Assembly: GCA_963675755.2 (NCBI GenBank)
Contig: CAXXMD010000003.1
Coordinates: 3,520,001 to 3,584,000, forward strand
Reading direction: 5' to 3'
Source of the DNA: a bacterium
GTDB lineage: Bacteria; Zhuqueibacterota; Zhuqueibacteria; Residuimicrobiales; Krinioviventaceae
Length of the DNA stretch: 64,000 bases
The position numbers and the translations under genes were made by a program. Positions within the stretch are counted from its first letter, which is position 1. Each line of letters starts with the position of its first letter. Positions 60,131 to 64,000 of the stretch are shown piece after piece. The notes beneath the pieces are model-generated. The model searched no databases, was not told the DNA's origin, and saw only the letters and a list, made by a program, of their open reading frames with translations.

Positions 60131-60211
60131 AAATACACTGCTATGAAATATTTGCATAGCCCGTTTATTGATTTACTGTACAAGTTCAATAATAACAATG
60201 TATTGTCATGC

Positions 60212-60227
60212 TGGCACGTAATTTGAA
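60212..60227 (+). promoter_or_regulatory. Possible sigma-54 promoter
   Basis: TGGCACGTAATTTGAA: perfect -24 box, GA instead of GC at -12; about 45 bp upstream of ATG 60271. Confidence 0.5.
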
Positions 60228-60270
60228 TGAAAGTTACCATACCTAAGGGATAAATTAATTAGAGGAAAAA

Positions 60271-62274
60271 ATGAAAACACGTATGCTCGTTCTTGTTGTA
60301 CTGATTTTAGCAGTTACACTTTTTAGCCAGGGAATACCTTACAATCAGGAATTTCAGGTGAATACTAGCACCTATGGTTCACAAAAAAATCCAAAAATAG
60401 CAGTTCTTTCAAACGGGAATTTTGTTATTTGTTGGGAACAGAACGGCTCTGAATATGGTGTCTATGCACAAATGTTTAATTCAAGCGGTAACAAGGTAGG
60501 TGATGAATTTCAAGTATACACAAATACAAATGGTAATTATCTTAATCCTGATATCGTACCACTTTCTAATGGGGGATTTGTGATATGTAGTGAATGTGAA
60601 AGTCAGGACGGTTCAGGTTATGATATTTATGTGCAATTATTTAAATTTGATGGTAGTAAAACCGGTGATGAATTTCAAGTTAATACCAATACAAATTATT
60701 CCCGGGGTACAAAAAACATTGAGCAACTATCAGACAAAATCTTTGTGATATGCTGGGAATGTGAAAGTCAAGACGGATCACGTTTTAGTGTTTATGCAAA
60801 ATTAATAAATATAGATGGTAATAAAACCGGAGATGAATTTCGAGTCACCAACTATGCAAATAGTTACAAAGGTGGATGTGATATTGCTGCTCTTTCAGAC
60901 AGCAGTTTTGTGATATGCTGTGAAAGTTACGAAGAAGATATATCAGATTATAGTATTTATGTACAAATATATAATACAGACGGTAGTAATGTCGATGATG
61001 AATTTCAAGTTAATGCCTATACAACAGGTAATCAACTTTATCCAGAAATATTATTACTGTCTAATGGTAGCTTTGTGATATGCTGGTCAAGCAATGATTG
61101 GTATGGGGCAGGTTCAGAGATTTATGCACAATTATTTACTTCAAATGGTAATAAGGTTGGTACTGAATTTCAGGTGAATACTTGTACAGATAATAATAAA
61201 TTAGGTCCAGATTTAGTATCATTATCAAACGGAGGTTTTGTTATATGTTGGTCAAGTATCGGACAGGATGGTTCAGGTCATGGGATTTATGCACAATTAT
61301 TCTCTTCAAACGGAAGTAAGGTCGGTGATGAATTTCAGGTCAACACCACTACATATGGTAATCAAATTAACACTGATATAGTATCACTGTCTGATGGTGG
61401 CTTTGTGATATGCTGGGTAAGTTACACACCGCATGCATCAAATGAAGATGTTTATGCACAATTATTTACTTCAAATGGTAATAAGGTTGGTACTGAATTT
61501 AGAGTAAACACCTATACAGATGGTAGACAATATCGGCCTGATATTGTAGCACTTGAAGATAGAAAATTTGCAATTTGCTGGAATAGTTGGGGAAAAGGGC
61601 AAGATGGCTCATTGGAAGGGATATATGCCAAATATTATTTAACTGAACCTATTATTCATTATTTATGTGAATATGAAACGCTTAATCCCGAAAACGCTGA
61701 AACCTTGCAATCTATTTATACAACCTTTGTTTGGCAACAACCAAGCGATATTCGCATCTGCTACCCCTGGGAGATTGAGTACGATCTGTATCTGTCAACG
61801 GATCAGGAATTTTCTAATCCGCTAATATACAATGGTATTCAGGATACCACGTACATCCTCCCCACAACCGATTCTCTGCAAGCTGGACAAACTTACTTTT
61901 GGAAAGTGCTGGCGAAAAATATAGCGGGGGACAGCCTGTGGAGCTCGAACACCAATGCCTTTTTCGTCAGTCATACTGCGACTGAAGTGGAGGAAGAAGC
62001 GCAGCTTCCTACGGGATTTGCATTGGAGCAGAATTATCCCAATCCCTTTAATCCCGAAACCACGGTGCGGTACAGCCTGCCGAAAGCGGGAGTTGTGGAA
62101 CTGAAATTGTACGACATCACGGGCCGTGAGGTGATGTCGCTGGTGAATAATTGGCAATCCGCGGGGACGCATTCGATTAAAGTCGATGGACGCAATCTGG
62201 CGAGCGGGGTGTATGTGTATACGCTGACTGCGGGGGGGTATCGCGAGAGTAAAAAGATGGCGCTGGTACGATAA
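60271..62274 (+). CDS. Secreted protein: eight ~55-aa propeller-like repeats, Fn3-like domain, FlgD-Ig/T9SS-type C-terminal domain
   Basis: Signal peptide; eight EF(Q/R)V..LS(N/D)GxFVICW..YAQLF units; QNYPNPFNPETT..ASGVY..KKMALVR. Confidence 0.85.
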   Translation: MKTRMLVLVVLILAVTLFSQGIPYNQEFQVNTSTYGSQKNPKIAVLSNGNFVICWEQNGSEYGVYAQMFNSSGNKVGDEFQVYTNTNGNYLNPDIVPLSNGGFVICSECESQDGSGYDIYVQLFKFDGSKTGDEFQVNTNTNYSRGTKNIEQLSDKIFVICWECESQDGSRFSVYAKLINIDGNKTGDEFRVTNYANSYKGGCDIAALSDSSFVICCESYEEDISDYSIYVQIYNTDGSNVDDEFQVNAYTTGNQLYPEILLLSNGSFVICWSSNDWYGAGSEIYAQLFTSNGNKVGTEFQVNTCTDNNKLGPDLVSLSNGGFVICWSSIGQDGSGHGIYAQLFSSNGSKVGDEFQVNTTTYGNQINTDIVSLSDGGFVICWVSYTPHASNEDVYAQLFTSNGNKVGTEFRVNTYTDGRQYRPDIVALEDRKFAICWNSWGKGQDGSLEGIYAKYYLTEPIIHYLCEYETLNPENAETLQSIYTTFVWQQPSDIRICYPWEIEYDLYLSTDQEFSNPLIYNGIQDTTYILPTTDSLQAGQTYFWKVLAKNIAGDSLWSSNTNAFFVSHTATEVEEEAQLPTGFALEQNYPNPFNPETTVRYSLPKAGVVELKLYDITGREVMSLVNNWQSAGTHSIKVDGRNLASGVYVYTLTAGGYRESKKMALVR

Positions 62275-62294
62275 CGATTAATTTGGAGTGAACA

Positions 62295-64000
62295 TTGAAA
62301 ATATATTTGACCATTCTCGCTATATTGATTTCAACTGCTATGCTTACCGGGCAGGGAATTCCTTACAATCAGGAATTTCAGGTGAATACTTATTCAAATA
62401 GTACCCAGGAACATCCCGTTATCGCAGCGCTATCTGATGGTGGGTTTGTAATTTGCTGGGATAGTAGGATGCAAGATGGTTCAAAAGATGGCGTATTTGC
62501 CCAACTTTATGATGCGGAATGTAATAAAGTTGATCAGGAATTTCAGGTAAATACCTATACAATTGACTATCAGGGCGTTCCAAGTATTGCTACACTTTCG
62601 AATGGTGGTTTTGCTATTAGCTGGGCAAGTCATGAACAGGATGGTTGGGGAAATGGTGTTTACGCACAATTGTTTAATCCGGCAGGACATAAAGTTGGAA
62701 AAGAATTTCAAGTAAATACATACACATATGATAACCAGGGGAATCCTTCTATTTCATCCCTTTCAGACGGGCAATTTGCGGTTTGCTGGGAAAGTAAAGA
62801 CCAAGATGCATGGGGGTATGGTATTTTCGCACAATTGTTTCAACCAGACGGCAGCAAAATAGGTGAAGAATTTCAAGTTAATACCAATTATGATGGTATC
62901 CAGTGGCGTCCAGCTATAGATGGATTTTCAGACGGTAATTTTGTAGTTTGCTGGGAAAGTCCTGATGAAGTTGGAAGGAGTGATATACAGGCACAATTGT
63001 TTAATGTAGACGGCAGTAAAAATGGTGCTGAATTTAAGGTGAACAGTTATACAAATGATTCCCAACATAACCCAACTATAAAGACACTCTCTGATTGTGG
63101 CTTTGTGATATGTTGGAATAGTTTAGAACAGGACGGATCAATGTTAGGTGTTTACGCACAAATATTTAATCCGGACGGTAGTAAAGCAGGTGACGAATTT
63201 CAGGTAAACAGCTATACGATTCATCACCAGTTTAAACCCTGTATTACACAACTAACAAATGGGAGTTTTGTAATTTGTTGGAATAGTTTTAATCAGGATG
63301 GATCAGCTTATGGTGTTTACGGACAATTATTTAATCCAGATGGTAGCAAGATAGGTGAAGAGTTTCAGATAAACAATTATACAAATAATGACCAGATGAA
63401 TCCAAATATAACCACACTTTCAGGTGGGGGATTTGTAATTTGCTGGGAAAGTCAGGGACAGGATGGTTCAGGAGCTGGAGTTTACGCAACATATTTTCTA
63501 TCAGAACCTATCATTCATGAATTACATATATACGAAATTCTTAATCCTGCAAATGATAATACTTTTGACAGTAAACGCCCCACCTTTACATGGCAATCCC
63601 CCAGCGACGTCCGCATTTGCTACCCATGGGAAATCGAATATAATCTATATCTGTCAACGGATCAGGAATTTTCCAATCCGCTAATATACAATGGTATTCA
63701 GGATACCACCTACACCTTCCCCAAATCCGATTCACTGGATGCGGGGCAAACGTATTTCTGGAAAGTTCTTGCGAAAAATATAGCGGGTGACAGCCTGTGG
63801 AGCTCGAATACCAATGCCTTTTTCGTCAGTCATACTGCGACTGAAGTGGAGGAGGAAGCACAGCTTCCAACGGGATTTGAATTGGAGCAGAACTATCCCA
63901 ACCCTTTTAATCCCGAGACCACGGTGCGGTACAGCCTGCCGCAGGCGGGAGTAGTGGAGCTGAAACTGTACGATATTACCGGGCGCGAGGTGATGTCTCT
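62295..64000 (+). CDS. Tandem paralogue of 60271-62274 with seven repeats; 3'-truncated by the window edge
   Basis: GGAG RBS, TTG 62295, MKIYLTILAILISTAMLTGQGIPYNQEFQVN; still in the same frame at QNYPNPFNPETT near 63900; absent from the ORF track because no stop lies in the window. Confidence 0.85.
   Translation, partial: MKIYLTILAILISTAMLTGQGIPYNQEFQVNTYSNSTQEHPVIAALSDGGFVICWDSRMQDGSKDGVFAQLYDAECNKVDQEFQVNTYTIDYQGVPSIATLSNGGFAISWASHEQDGWGNGVYAQLFNPAGHKVGKEFQVNTYTYDNQGNPSISSLSDGQFAVCWESKDQDAWGYGIFAQLFQPDGSKIGEEFQVNTNYDGIQWRPAIDGFSDGNFVVCWESPDEVGRSDIQAQLFNVDGSKNGAEFKVNSYTNDSQHNPTIKTLSDCGFVICWNSLEQDGSMLGVYAQIFNPDGSKAGDEFQVNSYTIHHQFKPCITQLTNGSFVICWNSFNQDGSAYGVYGQLFNPDGSKIGEEFQINNYTNNDQMNPNITTLSGGGFVICWESQGQDGSGAGVYATYFLSEPIIHELHIYEILNPANDNTFDSKRPTFTWQSPSDVRICYPWEIEYNLYLSTDQEFSNPLIYNGIQDTTYTFPKSDSLDAGQTYFWKVLAKNIAGDSLWSSNTNAFFVSHTATEVEEEAQLPTGFELEQNYPNPFNPETTVRYSLPQAGVVELKLYDITGREVMS

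Noticed and set aside
63463-63684. 73-aa ORF in the track, and the other short ORFs nested in long genes
   Set aside because: Out-of-frame or antisense overlaps of well-supported genes.
60271-64000. Diversity-generating retroelement (TR/VR pair)
   Set aside because: Both similar regions are coding, the differences are not confined to adenines, and no reverse transcriptase is in the window.

Overview
The window has two parts. Bases 1 to about 30,230 are the right-hand portion of an integrated element that ends at the 3' end of a minus-strand tRNA-Arg(TCT) gene (30235-30308). Its integrase and far att site are not in the window. The element has two backbone blocks. The first (1-3470) holds Zn-ribbon ORFs, a beta-clamp (DnaN) paralogue and hypotheticals. 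The second (26.5-29.7 kb) holds a primase-helicase broken by four frameshifts, an iteron-like origin and two small ORFs. Both blocks are strongly enriched in the pentamer CATCG/CGATG, about 9-fold by hand count. Between them lies AT-rich cargo. One part is a defence cluster: Type I R-M with an extended HsdS, a NucS-like and a GmrSD-like nuclease, an M48 peptidase, a pentapeptide membrane protein, a UDG-like protein, an OLD-family ATPase-TOPRIM and a GIY-YIG protein. The other part is a 6.2-kb cassette (large secreted heparinase II/III-like protein plus SAM methyltransferase) bounded by imperfect direct repeats. Bases 30.5-64 kb look like host chromosome: carbohydrate and sulfate catabolism genes, a Phd/RelE toxin-antitoxin pair, a CHASE2 sigma-54 activator directly upstream of a sigma-54 promoter and an outer-membrane operon, a radical SAM/SPASM gene, and two tandem secreted propeller-repeat paralogues with conserved ends. 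The NYPNPFNP-type C-terminal domains suggest an FCB-related host such as KSB1 or Calditrichota (inference). All calls come from motifs read by eye; no database search was run.
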